DNA of 64,000 nucleotides from Gemmatimonadota bacterium (GCA_039592335.1 JBDHBX010000013.1:3616-67615), one strand, 5' to 3'. Positions 26,229 through 37,814 are shown, counted from the stretch's first letter. Notes: generated by a model not told the origin, from the letters alone. Numbers and translations are program-made.

Positions 26229-26293
26229 CAAACCATCACCAACCGACACGTCCCCTGTTCTAGTTTTGTGCCGCCGCGAACAGGAGGAGCGTC

Positions 26294-28993
26294 GTGTACC
26301 ATGTCTCCAACCCGACCCAGGACGCGAAGCACACCCCGGGGTGTGGCGCACGCCGCTCCTCCACGCGGTTATTGCGCCAAGCTGCCTCGCTCCTGGTCCT
26401 CGCCGGCGTGCCGCTGGCCGGCCCCGGCTCGGGTGAGGACGACCCCCCAGCCTCGGAGTACAACCTCACCGCACTGCGCCTGAGCACCGAGGGTCTCCAG
26501 CTCGACGGACAGCTCAACGAGCTGGTGTGGCTCACCGCGGAGCCCATCACCGGCTTCATGCAGCGCGATCCCGACGAGGGGGAGCCGGCGAGCGAGCGCA
26601 CCGAAGTCCGCGTGCTGTACGACGACGGCGCGATCTACGTTGGGATTCGCGCCTACGACAGTGAGCCCAACCGCATCGTGGGCCGCCTCACGCGGCGAGA
26701 CGCCTGGTCGCCGTCCGATTGGCTCGTTGTGAGCATCGACTCCTACCACGACCGGCGTACGGCCTTCGAGTTCTGGGCCAGCCCGGCCGGCGTGGAACGC
26801 GACCTGTACCGCTACGACGACACGCGCATGGATTTCGCCTGGGACGCAGTGTGGGACGTGGCGACGAGCGTGGACAGCGAGGGCTGGACCGCCGAGTTCC
26901 GCATTCCGCTCTCGCAGCTCCGTTTCGCCCCGGCCCCCGAGCAGCTGTGGGGCTTCAACGTGACGCGGGTAATCCAGCGCAAGAACGAGACGGTGCTGTG
27001 GAAGCCGATCCCCAAGGAGGGATCCGGCTGGGTCAGCGAGTACGGCGACCTGCAGGTGGGGGCCATGAACCCCCCGATGCGGCTCGAGGTGCTCCCCTAC
27101 GTGCTGTCGCGCGGCGCCATCACACCGCGGCTCGACGACAACCCGTTCGAGACGGGCTCCGAGTTCAGCGGCAACGCCGGGGCCGACGTGCGGTACGGCC
27201 TCACCAGCGCACTCACCCTCAACGTCACGGTGAACCCCGACTTCGGGCAGGTAGAGGCCGACCCCTCGAGCGTGAACCTCACCGTGTTCGAGACGTTCTT
27301 TCAGGAAAAGCGCCCGTTCTTCGTCGAGGGCTCCAACATCTTCAACTACCACCTGACGGGGGGACGCGGGCAGCAGCAGCTGTTCTACTCGCGGCGCATC
27401 GGGCGAGGGCCACAAGGTGGGGCCGACGAGCGCGGCGGTTTCGTGGACATGCCGCTGCAGGCCAACATCCTGGCCGCGGCCAAGCTGTCGGGCAAGACAC
27501 CGAGCGGGTGGTCGATTGGCGTGCTCGACGCGGTCACGTCGTCCGCTCAGGCCACGGTCATCGACTCGCTGGGCAACATCCACCACGACGTGGTAGAGCC
27601 GCGCACCAACTACGCCATGGCGCGCTTGCAGCGGGACTTCCGCTCCGGCAAGAGCGCCATCGGCGGCATCTTCACCGCCACCAACCGCACGCACAACGGC
27701 AACACGAACTTCCTGCACTCATCGGCGTATGCCTGGGGGCTGGACGGCCGGCACCGGTTCTGGGGCGACAACTGGGAGGTGGCGGGACGGTTCAACGGTT
27801 CCGTCGTGCGCGGCGCGACGGAGGCCATCGAGGAAACCCAGCAGCGCTCGTCGCGCATGTTCCAGCGCACCGATGCCCAGCACCTGACCCTCGATCCGAC
27901 GCGCACGTCGTTGAGCGGAACGAGCGGCGGCCTCTCGGTTGCCAAGATCGGCGGCGGGGGATGGCGCACCACGGGGCGCTTCGAGTGGATCTCCCCGGGC
28001 TTCGAGGCCAACGACCTCGGCTTCCAGCCGCGCGCCGACGACTTGATGGGCTTCGCCAACGTGGGGTACCGCAAGTTTCAACCGGGAAGAGTCTTCCGAC
28101 GCGCCATGGTGGACCTCGACGCCTGGACCAACTACACGTTTGGCGGCGAGCGCACCCAGACCGCGATGTCGCTGCGCAGCAACTTCACGCTGCTCAACTA
28201 CTGGGGCGGCTTCCTGGGCGGCAGCCGGCGGTTCGAGGCGCTCAATACCCGGCTGCTGCGGGGTGGCCCCGCCATGGTGTGGCCGGGCGCCACGTCGATC
28301 TGGGGCGGCGTGTTCTCCGACGACCGCAAGCCGATCATCGTCAACCTCGGCTCGTGGTACAACTGGGATGACGCCCGCTCGAGCCGCGGCGGGGTGTGGG
28401 CCGACCTCATCGTTCAGCCCGGTGAGAACGTGCGCATCACCGTGGGACCGGAGTACAACTTCAACCGCGACGACCAGCAGTACGTAACGTCGGCCGAGGC
28501 GCTGGACGCCAACCACTACGTGATGGGCGCGCTGGAACAGAGGACCGTCTACCTCACGACCCGGCTCGACTGGACCTTCACACCCAACCTGAGTCTGCAG
28601 CTCTACGCACAGCCCTTCGTGTCGGCGGGTACCTACGCGGGGTTCAAGGAGGTCGCTGACTCCCGGGCTGCGGGGTACGACGACCGGTTCGAGACCTTCG
28701 GCAGCGACCAGCTACGGTTCGAGGACAACGAGTACTTCGTGGATCTCAACGGGAACGGGGAAGACGACCTCTCCTTCGAGAACCCGGACTTCAACATCAA
28801 GGAACTGCGCTCCACGGTGGTGCTGCGCTGGGAGTACCGCTCGGGCTCCACGATCTTCCTGGTCTGGTCCTCGAGCCGGTCCCGGTCCGATCAGAGCGGT
28901 GCGTTCCGGCCGGGAGCGGACATCGTGGATCTCTTCGGCGCGAGCGGCACCAACGTGTTCATGCTCAAGGTGAACTACTACCTGACGCCGTGA
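26294..28993 (+). CDS. Large secreted/outer-membrane protein, CBM9-like N-domain plus DUF5916-like beta-rich region
   Basis: 899 aa. GTG 26294 has AGGAGG 6 nt upstream. It has a signal-like segment (ASLLVLAGVPLAG). ...DGQLNELVW...RDPDEGEPASERTEVRVLYDDGAIYVGIRAYD...WDAVWD...GWTAEFRIPLSQLRF matches my memory of the DUF5916/CBM9 family. The aromatic-rich C-terminus ends ...NYYLTP. Confidence 0.6.
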   Translation: MYHVSNPTQDAKHTPGCGARRSSTRLLRQAASLLVLAGVPLAGPGSGEDDPPASEYNLTALRLSTEGLQLDGQLNELVWLTAEPITGFMQRDPDEGEPASERTEVRVLYDDGAIYVGIRAYDSEPNRIVGRLTRRDAWSPSDWLVVSIDSYHDRRTAFEFWASPAGVERDLYRYDDTRMDFAWDAVWDVATSVDSEGWTAEFRIPLSQLRFAPAPEQLWGFNVTRVIQRKNETVLWKPIPKEGSGWVSEYGDLQVGAMNPPMRLEVLPYVLSRGAITPRLDDNPFETGSEFSGNAGADVRYGLTSALTLNVTVNPDFGQVEADPSSVNLTVFETFFQEKRPFFVEGSNIFNYHLTGGRGQQQLFYSRRIGRGPQGGADERGGFVDMPLQANILAAAKLSGKTPSGWSIGVLDAVTSSAQATVIDSLGNIHHDVVEPRTNYAMARLQRDFRSGKSAIGGIFTATNRTHNGNTNFLHSSAYAWGLDGRHRFWGDNWEVAGRFNGSVVRGATEAIEETQQRSSRMFQRTDAQHLTLDPTRTSLSGTSGGLSVAKIGGGGWRTTGRFEWISPGFEANDLGFQPRADDLMGFANVGYRKFQPGRVFRRAMVDLDAWTNYTFGGERTQTAMSLRSNFTLLNYWGGFLGGSRRFEALNTRLLRGGPAMVWPGATSIWGGVFSDDRKPIIVNLGSWYNWDDARSSRGGVWADLIVQPGENVRITVGPEYNFNRDDQQYVTSAEALDANHYVMGALEQRTVYLTTRLDWTFTPNLSLQLYAQPFVSAGTYAGFKEVADSRAAGYDDRFETFGSDQLRFEDNEYFVDLNGNGEDDLSFENPDFNIKELRSTVVLRWEYRSGSTIFLVWSSSRSRSDQSGAFRPGADIVDLFGASGTNVFMLKVNYYLTP

Positions 28994-28999
28994 GCACAC

Positions 29000-29033
29000 A
29001 GGGGCTCCGACCGCCGTCGCAGCCGGAGCCCCT
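29000..29033. terminator. Bidirectional terminator-like hairpin at the convergence point
   Basis: AGGGGCTCCG (29000-29009) pairs with CGGAGCCCCT (29024-29033), a 10-bp perfect stem. It lies between the plus-strand stop (28993) and the minus-strand tadA stop (29054). Confidence 0.55.
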
Positions 29034-29053
29034 GACTTCCCACCCATCGGCGC

Positions 29054-29527
29054 TCAGCGCCGTGCTTCGAAGAACTCCTTCAACACCGCGCCGCACTCCT
29101 CTTCCATGACACCACCCATGAGTTCGGGCCGGTGGTTGAGCTTGGGATGTCGCAGCAGGTCCCCCACGCTCCCGGCCATGCCGGCCTTGGGATCGTAGGC
29201 ACCGAACACCACGCGGCTCACCCGGGAGAGCACGATCGCGCCCGCGCACTGGGCGCAGGGTTCCAGCGTGACGCACAGGGTAGCGTCGTCCAGCCGGTCG
29301 GTTTCCAGGACCTGCAACGCTCGCTGGATGGCGAGCAGCTCGGCGTGCTGCGTGAGGTCGCGCCGCACGATCGTCTCGTTGTGGGCTTGGCCCACCACGT
29401 GCCCGCCCACGACCACGGCAGCACCTACCGGCACCTCACCCGCTGCACCGCCCGCACGCGCCTCGTCCAAGGCGGCCTGCATGCCGAGCCGGTCGACGTC
29501 GGAGAGTGGGGGTCGTGTGGGACGCAT
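29054..29527 (-). CDS. tadA: tRNA-specific adenosine deaminase
   Basis: Track ORF 29054..29554 (GTG) trimmed to ATG 29527. It has the CDA zinc motifs HAELLAI and PCAQCAG. Confidence 0.88.
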   Translation of the reverse strand: MRPTRPPLSDVDRLGMQAALDEARAGGAAGEVPVGAAVVVGGHVVGQAHNETIVRRDLTQHAELLAIQRALQVLETDRLDDATLCVTLEPCAQCAGAIVLSRVSRVVFGAYDPKAGMAGSVGDLLRHPKLNHRPELMGGVMEEECGAVLKEFFEARR

Positions 29528-29611
29528 GGGCGACAATGTAGCCGCCGCCGCCACGGAGGCGCTACGGCAACTCGAAGCGCAGCGGCGGCAACCGTGTCCG
29601 GTTGTGAAACG

Positions 29612-32218
<2,607 letters not shown>

Positions 32219-32382
32219 GTGCTAATCGCTCAAGTGACTATTCCTCTTGGGCTCAGCAGACTCTGATGGCCTGGTCGCGGGCTGGCGTGTCCTCGTACCG
32301 CACCGGCCGGGGGCCCAATCCTACCCCTCTGGGAGCAACACCCATGCCCCCCATTTCGCGCCAATGTGGCGCATTTCGGCCA

Positions 32383-32416
32383 GAAAGACAAACGCGCCGA
32401 CTGTTACACCGGCGCG
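32383..32416 (-). terminator. Rho-independent terminator after the sorting-domain gene
   Basis: On the minus strand: CGCGCCG-N10-CGGCGCG, followed by TTTGTCTTTC. Plus-strand stems are at 32393-32399 and 32410-32416, and the T-tract complement is at 32383-32392. Confidence 0.6.
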
Positions 32417-32464
32417 CCTGTAAGACGTTGCCTGACAAGCATTTAGCTCGTCTAGAGGGGACGT

Positions 32465-32893
32465 CTACTTCACAACCGTCATCTTCTTCGTGAGCGTCTG
32501 CCCGTCCACGATCAGCTGGTAAACGTAGACTCCCGATGCCGCCTCGCGGCCCGTGTTCAGGATCATCCCGTCCCAGTATGCCGTGTAGTCACCCGTACCG
32601 TTCCACACCAGCGGCACGTTCTCCAACTGCTCCCCCGAGCCCTGCAGGATCGGGATCGCCACGAGCTGCGCCAGGATGTTGTAGATCCGGAGGGTCACAA
32701 CGGGAGCCTGCCCGTCTTCCCACAACGAGTAGTTGAGGGAGAACGGGATGGTCGTCTCCGGATTGAACGGATTCGGGTAGTTCCTGCCCAACTGCACCGG
32801 CGAGTCGGCGGTGCTTTCCTGCGCTTGTACGACCGCTGGTGCAGCGATCAGGAGCCCGAGCGACGCTACTACCGCCCAGGCCAACAGCTTCAT
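32465..32893 (-). CDS. Small secreted protein consisting of a signal peptide plus a T9SS type-A/FlgD-Ig-like C-terminal sorting domain only
   Basis: 142 aa, with AGGAG before ATG 32893. The signal peptide is MKLLAWAVVASLGLLIAAPAVVQAQ. This is followed by ...YPNPFNPETTIPFSL...VTLRIYNILAQLV...WDG...ASGVYVYQLIVDG...KKMTVVK, the canonical CTD pattern. Confidence 0.7.
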   Translation of the reverse strand: MKLLAWAVVASLGLLIAAPAVVQAQESTADSPVQLGRNYPNPFNPETTIPFSLNYSLWEDGQAPVVTLRIYNILAQLVAIPILQGSGEQLENVPLVWNGTGDYTAYWDGMILNTGREAASGVYVYQLIVDGQTLTKKMTVVK

Positions 32894-32995
32894 TCGAAGC
32901 TCCTGTCTGACAAAAAGGGTCCTTTAGCTTCCCCTTACGTTGTGAGTGCGTATGCGCCCAACTGGGGCCAAGTTATGTTCTGACGGCAACTGTTG

Positions 32996-34888
32996 TCAAG
33001 CAGGGTTTCCCCCACCTGCCGCCGGACCCAGCCGTCTGGCATCACCGTCCCGCACCGTGAATCCCGCCCCGTCCAGCCACTCCAACACGGGAATCAGATA
33101 CTTGCGTGTGAGCCCCGTCCTGGCACGGAGTTCCGCCGGAGCCGCCCGCCCAAGCCGACCAACTTCGTCGACAATCTCCTCACGCAGCCGCTCGAGCGCC
33201 TCGCGGTCGTAGTATCGCTCCCTCCCGACGCGCGCCGCCGTGCCCTGCCTCACCAGATACTCCACGAGGGGCACCGCCTCGGCCTGGGGAACGTGTTCAC
33301 CCAGCTCCTGGGGGCTCTGTCCTTGATACCCCGCATCGGCCAGCACGGTGCCAATGCGGACCGACCACTCCCGCTGCTTGGCGGACAGGCTGGGCTCGTA
33401 GCTCGCCAGACGCACCGTGCCTCCCTCGAGCACGATCCAGCCCTCGTAGGCGAGGCCCTCCTCCAGGTGGCTCGCAAGTTCCGGCAGATCCAACGCCGCC
33501 CGCAGCAGCTCCCGCGGCATTCCAGGCTCCAGCGGCTGCTGCTCGTGGTACGCGGCCAATGCCTCCTCGAGCTTCCGGCGAGAGGCCTCGACCACCCCCT
33601 GCGGCAGCAGCCGGCCCTCGATGTTGCGGACGCCCCGCTTCACGACCTCGTCCACCACGGAGTCCACCGCGCCCGGGGGGATCCCGAGCCGAACTGGCAA
33701 ATCCGCCACTCCCACCCCACGCCGGTCCTCGAGCGCCACTAGGGCGTGGGTCCGAGCCACGGGATCCGTTGCCGCCCGCGCCTGAAGATCGACCGGGCGC
33801 CGCGGCCGCCGCGGCGGCCAGGGATCGATCACCACACAGCCTCCGACGGTGTGCATGGGCGAGTAGGACCGGACCACACCGCGATCCCCCCAGCGCGTGA
33901 CGAGCGGCTTCTCGAGGCGGAGCCGCACCCCACCCACCTGGCCCGGCGCGATGTCCCCCTCGGCGGGCGTTACCCGCGCCAGGATCTCGGCGGTGCCAAT
34001 GTGGAGCCGTATCCGGGAGCGCTGCGTGAGCGGCCGGGGAGCGGAGTCGAGTAGCGTGACGATCGCGTCCACCGCCCAGGTCTCCCGCCAGGCGGGATCG
34101 GCGACCACCACCGCACCCCGCGCCACGTCCGTCTTCTCCAGGCTGCGGAGCGCCAGCGCCGTGCGCCGGCCCGGCTCGGCGCGCTCCCGAGCCTCCCCGT
34201 GCACCTCTGCGCTGCGCACACCGCTCCTGCTCCCACCGGGAAGCACCCGGACCTCGTCTCCCACCCCCACCGAACCGCTCCAGGTGGTGCCGGTGACCAC
34301 CGTGCCGGCACCCGCCACACTGAACACGCGGTCCACGGGCATGCGGAACAGGTCGTCGGTGGAGCGCGCCACTGCCCGCGCGGCTGCCGTCGCCAGGGCG
34401 CCAATCAGCTTCTCCGCGCCCGTACCGCTCACGGCCGAGAAGTGCACGGGCGGCTCCCATCCGATCGAGGAGGCCGCCAGGCGCTCGGTCACGTCGCTCT
34501 CCACCAACTCCAGCCAGTCGGGCTCCGACAGATCAACCTTGGTGATCGCGACCACTCCGGAGCGCACCCCCAGGAATTCGAGGATCGCGAGGTGCTCCTC
34601 GGTTTGGGGCATCACACCCTCGTCGGCAGCCACCACGAGGAGGGCCACATCGATGCCGGTGGCCCCAGCGACCATGTTGCGCACGAAGTCCTCGTGGCCC
34701 GGCACGTCCACGATGCTGGCGACGAACCCTCCGCCCAGATCGAGCACGGCGAACCCGAGATCGATAGTGATGCCGCGGCGCTTCTCCTCCTCCCAGCGAT
34801 CCGTGTCCGTGCCGGTGAGCGTCTTGACCAACGCCGTCTTGCCGTGGTCCACATGGCCCGCCGTGCCGATGACGACGTGGCGACTCAC
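32996..34888 (-). CDS. selB: Selenocysteine-specific translation elongation factor SelB
   Basis: Track ORF 32996..35215 trimmed to GTG 34888, which overlaps the recO stop (GTGA). It has G-domain motifs GHVDHGKT, DVPGHE and TKVD, and a long C-terminal winged-helix region ending ...LTRKYLIPVLEWLDGAGFTVR. Confidence 0.88.
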   Translation of the reverse strand: MSRHVVIGTAGHVDHGKTALVKTLTGTDTDRWEEEKRRGITIDLGFAVLDLGGGFVASIVDVPGHEDFVRNMVAGATGIDVALLVVAADEGVMPQTEEHLAILEFLGVRSGVVAITKVDLSEPDWLELVESDVTERLAASSIGWEPPVHFSAVSGTGAEKLIGALATAAARAVARSTDDLFRMPVDRVFSVAGAGTVVTGTTWSGSVGVGDEVRVLPGGSRSGVRSAEVHGEARERAEPGRRTALALRSLEKTDVARGAVVVADPAWRETWAVDAIVTLLDSAPRPLTQRSRIRLHIGTAEILARVTPAEGDIAPGQVGGVRLRLEKPLVTRWGDRGVVRSYSPMHTVGGCVVIDPWPPRRPRRPVDLQARAATDPVARTHALVALEDRRGVGVADLPVRLGIPPGAVDSVVDEVVKRGVRNIEGRLLPQGVVEASRRKLEEALAAYHEQQPLEPGMPRELLRAALDLPELASHLEEGLAYEGWIVLEGGTVRLASYEPSLSAKQREWSVRIGTVLADAGYQGQSPQELGEHVPQAEAVPLVEYLVRQGTAARVGRERYYDREALERLREEIVDEVGRLGRAAPAELRARTGLTRKYLIPVLEWLDGAGFTVRDGDARRLGPAAGGGNPA

Positions 34889-35634
34889 GACAGCCCCTGC
34901 CAGAACGTGAGCGCCCGCAGCTCCCGTCCCTCGGCAACGTGCTGCTCGACAAAGCGCACCAGGAGCCGCCGGTGGGCCGCCGCATGCTTCGGCGAGAGTG
35001 TACCCACGGCGTCGCCTGACCCGGCGAGGAGGTGCTGCAACACCTCGCGATCGGCGGCCTGCAGCCTGGTGGTCGAGCCGCCGCGGGCGCACGCACCACA
35101 CACGAACCCGCCGTCGCTCACTGAGAACGCCACGGCCCCGTCGGGCAACTGCGCTCCGTCGCGCGCACAGTGGTGCACGTTTGGCGCGAAGCCCAGCGCC
35201 GCCACCACACCCCACAACGCGGCGAGGGCCGCAGCCTCGAGCGCGTCCAACGGCACGGAGACAAGCAGGTCCAGCTCCTGCACGGTCAACTGGTAGATTT
35301 CGGGGTGGGGCTCGGTGGGCGAGAACCGCATGACCAACTCCGCGAGCGCCGCTCCCGACGCATACCGCACCACGTCCTGTGCCAGCTCCGGCCTGAGCAG
35401 AGTCACCTCGAACTCCGCCAGGGTCTGCAGATCACGGGTCGGCTTGAGGTAGAGCTGCGCCACCCCCTGGCTCAGCACCTGCAGCTTCGCGCCAAACTTG
35501 CTCCTGGGCCGCATCGCCCCCTTCGCGATGGCACTCTGCACCCCGTGCTCGGGGGTCAGCAGACGCACGATCTTGGAGGTCTCGCCGTAGCGAAAGCTGT
35601 GCAGGATGAGCGCGGGCGTGGTGACGAGCGGCAT
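34885..35634 (-). CDS. recO: DNA repair protein RecO
   Basis: Track ORF 34885..35928 trimmed to ATG 35634. ...ALILHSFRYGETSKIVRLLT... is an OB-fold N-terminus. A Cys-containing zinc region follows (HHCARDG...FVCGACA). Confidence 0.85.
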   Translation of the reverse strand: MPLVTTPALILHSFRYGETSKIVRLLTPEHGVQSAIAKGAMRPRSKFGAKLQVLSQGVAQLYLKPTRDLQTLAEFEVTLLRPELAQDVVRYASGAALAELVMRFSPTEPHPEIYQLTVQELDLLVSVPLDALEAAALAALWGVVAALGFAPNVHHCARDGAQLPDGAVAFSVSDGGFVCGACARGGSTTRLQAADREVLQHLLAGSGDAVGTLSPKHAAAHRRLLVRFVEQHVAEGRELRALTFWQGLS

Positions 35635-35851
35635 GGGGGAAAGATATCGTGCAGCGCGCAGCGGGAAACGGGAAGCGGGAAGCGTGGACAGGGCGAGGCT
35701 GGGGTGCTGCCGGAGCGAACCTCGCGAGCACTGACCGGCAGTTAGCGCTGGTGCCGTTGTTGGCCTGTCGCCTCTGCAGACCGGAGTCTTACGGGGCCCA
35801 TTGGCGAGTGTCGGTTCGCGCAGGCGGAGCCCCGGCCGAGCGACGAGCCGC

Positions 35852-37807
35852 TCAAAACCGAGCCTTGCCCCCCACCAGCCAGCGCTGCCCCGGCGCCGCA
35901 AACCCGAACACCTCCTGGTACTGCTCATCGAACAGATTCTCCACCCGCAGCGTCGCCGCGAGACCGCGCCACACCGTCGCTTCGGCCGCCACGTCCAGCG
36001 TCACGTACCATGGCAACATCACCGGCGTGGCCGGGAAGGTCGCGAAGTCGCGGTCTTCGCGTTCGCCCACGTAGTTGAGCCGCAGTGAGGCGAACCCGCG
36101 GTCGCGCACCCGGTACGACGCATCTGCACTCAGCGCGTGCGTCGGCCGCCGCAGCAGCCGCGCTCCCTCCACGAAGCCCGCTCCCGGGCCCTCGTCGGGC
36201 GCGTCGATCACCTCCGTGTGCAGGTAGGTGTAGCTCGCCCCCACGGTGAGCCCCCGCAGCGGCTCGGTCCGCCCGAGGATCTCCACCCCCGCGGCGTCGG
36301 CTGCCGCCAGGTTGAAGTAGTTGGGTGCGTCGGGCACCGGAGCCACGGCAGCGTACTGGATGAGGTCGCGGAACTCTTGGTGGAAGTAGGTAGCGCCCAG
36401 CACCACGCGCGCGGACCATAGCTCCTGCTCCACGCTCAGCTCCCAACTCAGCGCGCGCTCCGGATCGAGGTTGGGGTTCCCCTGGGCGAAGGGCGAGTCG
36501 GCGAAGTTCTCGAAGAACGTGGGCTCCTTGAACGCCTTGCCGAGCGACGCGCGGACCCGCGTGCCGGAGCGCCACGTGTAGCTGGCGCCCGCGCGGTACG
36601 TGAAGAACGTGCCGAACTGACTGTTCTCGTCGAGCCGGGCACCCAGCGTGAATGCCAGGCCGCCGAGCGGCGCGGCCTGCAGCTGACCGTACAGGCCCAG
36701 GTTCTTGCGCTTGGCCTCGGCGGCGTCGGCGCTCGTCCCGTACTCACTGAACGACTCGCTGGCCGAGGTCCCATGCTCCCGCTCGTATTCGGCCCCGACC
36801 GTGACGACCTCGGTCGCCGTGGCGTACCAGTTCACCCGGGCGTCGGCACTGCGCCGCGATACCGATTGCAGGCTGGTCGATCCGAAGAACCCCAGCGTAT
36901 CGCCAGGACCATCGGGTTGGTCGTCGAATCCGCCGTCGTTCTCGGTGACGGCAAGCAGCACCCGACCTTCGACCTTGTCGGAGAGGAAGCGCCCCGCATC
37001 CAGCGATGCCGCGATGACGTCTAGGTGCTGGAACGCATTGCTGTCTGCCAGTTCCCCTGTGAAGTCCGTCGGTACCTGGTACTCACTGTCGCCGTACCGC
37101 AGCGCCAGATCGACATCGGTGCGTGCATCGGGCGTGACGCGCAGCGCCCCGCTCACGACGAGGTTGTCGTAGCTACTGTTGAAGGGGTGAATGCCGTCAG
37201 TCGTGCTGCGGCTCGCACCGAGCGAGTAGCTCACGACCTCGTTGCCACCGTCCACAGCGAGATCCGCCTCGAGCGAGCCGTAGCTGCCGCCGCGCAGGCT
37301 CGCCTCGGCCCGGAGCGGCCCACGACCGCGCCGCGTGAACACCTGGATCACGCCCGAAACGGCATCCGTGCCGTACACCACGCTGGCGGGTCCCCGCACG
37401 ATCTCGATGCGCTCCACGTTGTCGGTCGTCAGGTCAGCGAGATTGATCGCGCCACCCGGTTCGTTCAGCGGTGCGCCATCCACGAGGACTTTCACGTAGT
37501 CGCTTTCGCCACCGCGCACGAACACCGAGGTGAGGCTGCCGTACGATCCCCCCGGAACCACGTGCATACCCGCGACATCGCGCAGGGCGTCCGTCACCAT
37601 GCGGATCCCCTGGGCCCGCAGATCGTCGCCTTGGAGCACCGTCACGGTGGCGCTCAGCGCGGAGCGCCGCGTGGGAATTCGGGTCGCCGTGACCACCACG
37701 GGTGCGAGCACGGTCGTGTCGGCCGGCTCCTGCGACCGTGCGGTCGGCACCATGCCGGCGCCGGTTCCCGCCGCCAACACCATCACCAGGAGAACTCGCT
37801 GCGTCAT
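35852..37807 (-). CDS. btuB: TonB-dependent outer-membrane receptor, cobalamin (BtuB)-type by context
   Basis: Track ORF trimmed to ATG 37807. It has a signal peptide, a TonB-box-like LAPVVVTATR, a plug (IEIVRGPASVVYGTDAVSGVIQVF) and a terminal ...GGKARF. It is the last gene of the riboswitch-led operon. Confidence 0.75.
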   Translation of the reverse strand: MTQRVLLVMVLAAGTGAGMVPTARSQEPADTTVLAPVVVTATRIPTRRSALSATVTVLQGDDLRAQGIRMVTDALRDVAGMHVVPGGSYGSLTSVFVRGGESDYVKVLVDGAPLNEPGGAINLADLTTDNVERIEIVRGPASVVYGTDAVSGVIQVFTRRGRGPLRAEASLRGGSYGSLEADLAVDGGNEVVSYSLGASRSTTDGIHPFNSSYDNLVVSGALRVTPDARTDVDLALRYGDSEYQVPTDFTGELADSNAFQHLDVIAASLDAGRFLSDKVEGRVLLAVTENDGGFDDQPDGPGDTLGFFGSTSLQSVSRRSADARVNWYATATEVVTVGAEYEREHGTSASESFSEYGTSADAAEAKRKNLGLYGQLQAAPLGGLAFTLGARLDENSQFGTFFTYRAGASYTWRSGTRVRASLGKAFKEPTFFENFADSPFAQGNPNLDPERALSWELSVEQELWSARVVLGATYFHQEFRDLIQYAAVAPVPDAPNYFNLAAADAAGVEILGRTEPLRGLTVGASYTYLHTEVIDAPDEGPGAGFVEGARLLRRPTHALSADASYRVRDRGFASLRLNYVGEREDRDFATFPATPVMLPWYVTLDVAAEATVWRGLAATLRVENLFDEQYQEVFGFAAPGQRWLVGGKARF

Positions 37808-37814
37808 CACTCCC

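Noticed and set aside
28994-29053. dif/XerCD site at the gene-polarity convergence point
   Set aside because: The spacer is GC-rich and lacks the AT-rich central hexamer and inverted arms of dif. Only a simple terminator-like hairpin is present.
32219-32260. CIRCE (HrcA) or HAIR (HspR) operator in front of clpB
   Set aside because: Only single half-site-like strings (TTAGCAC, CTTGAG) are present. There is no inverted partner at the required 9-nt or 7-nt spacing.
32219-32995. tRNA-Sec (selC) or another structured RNA near selB
   Set aside because: I could not find a UCA anticodon loop (CTTCAAA-like), an 8-bp acceptor stem or a GGTTCGA-type T-loop in either spacer (32219-32464 or 32894-32995). 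The sequence is accounted for by a terminator, the clpB leader and the promoter/SD of the small gene.
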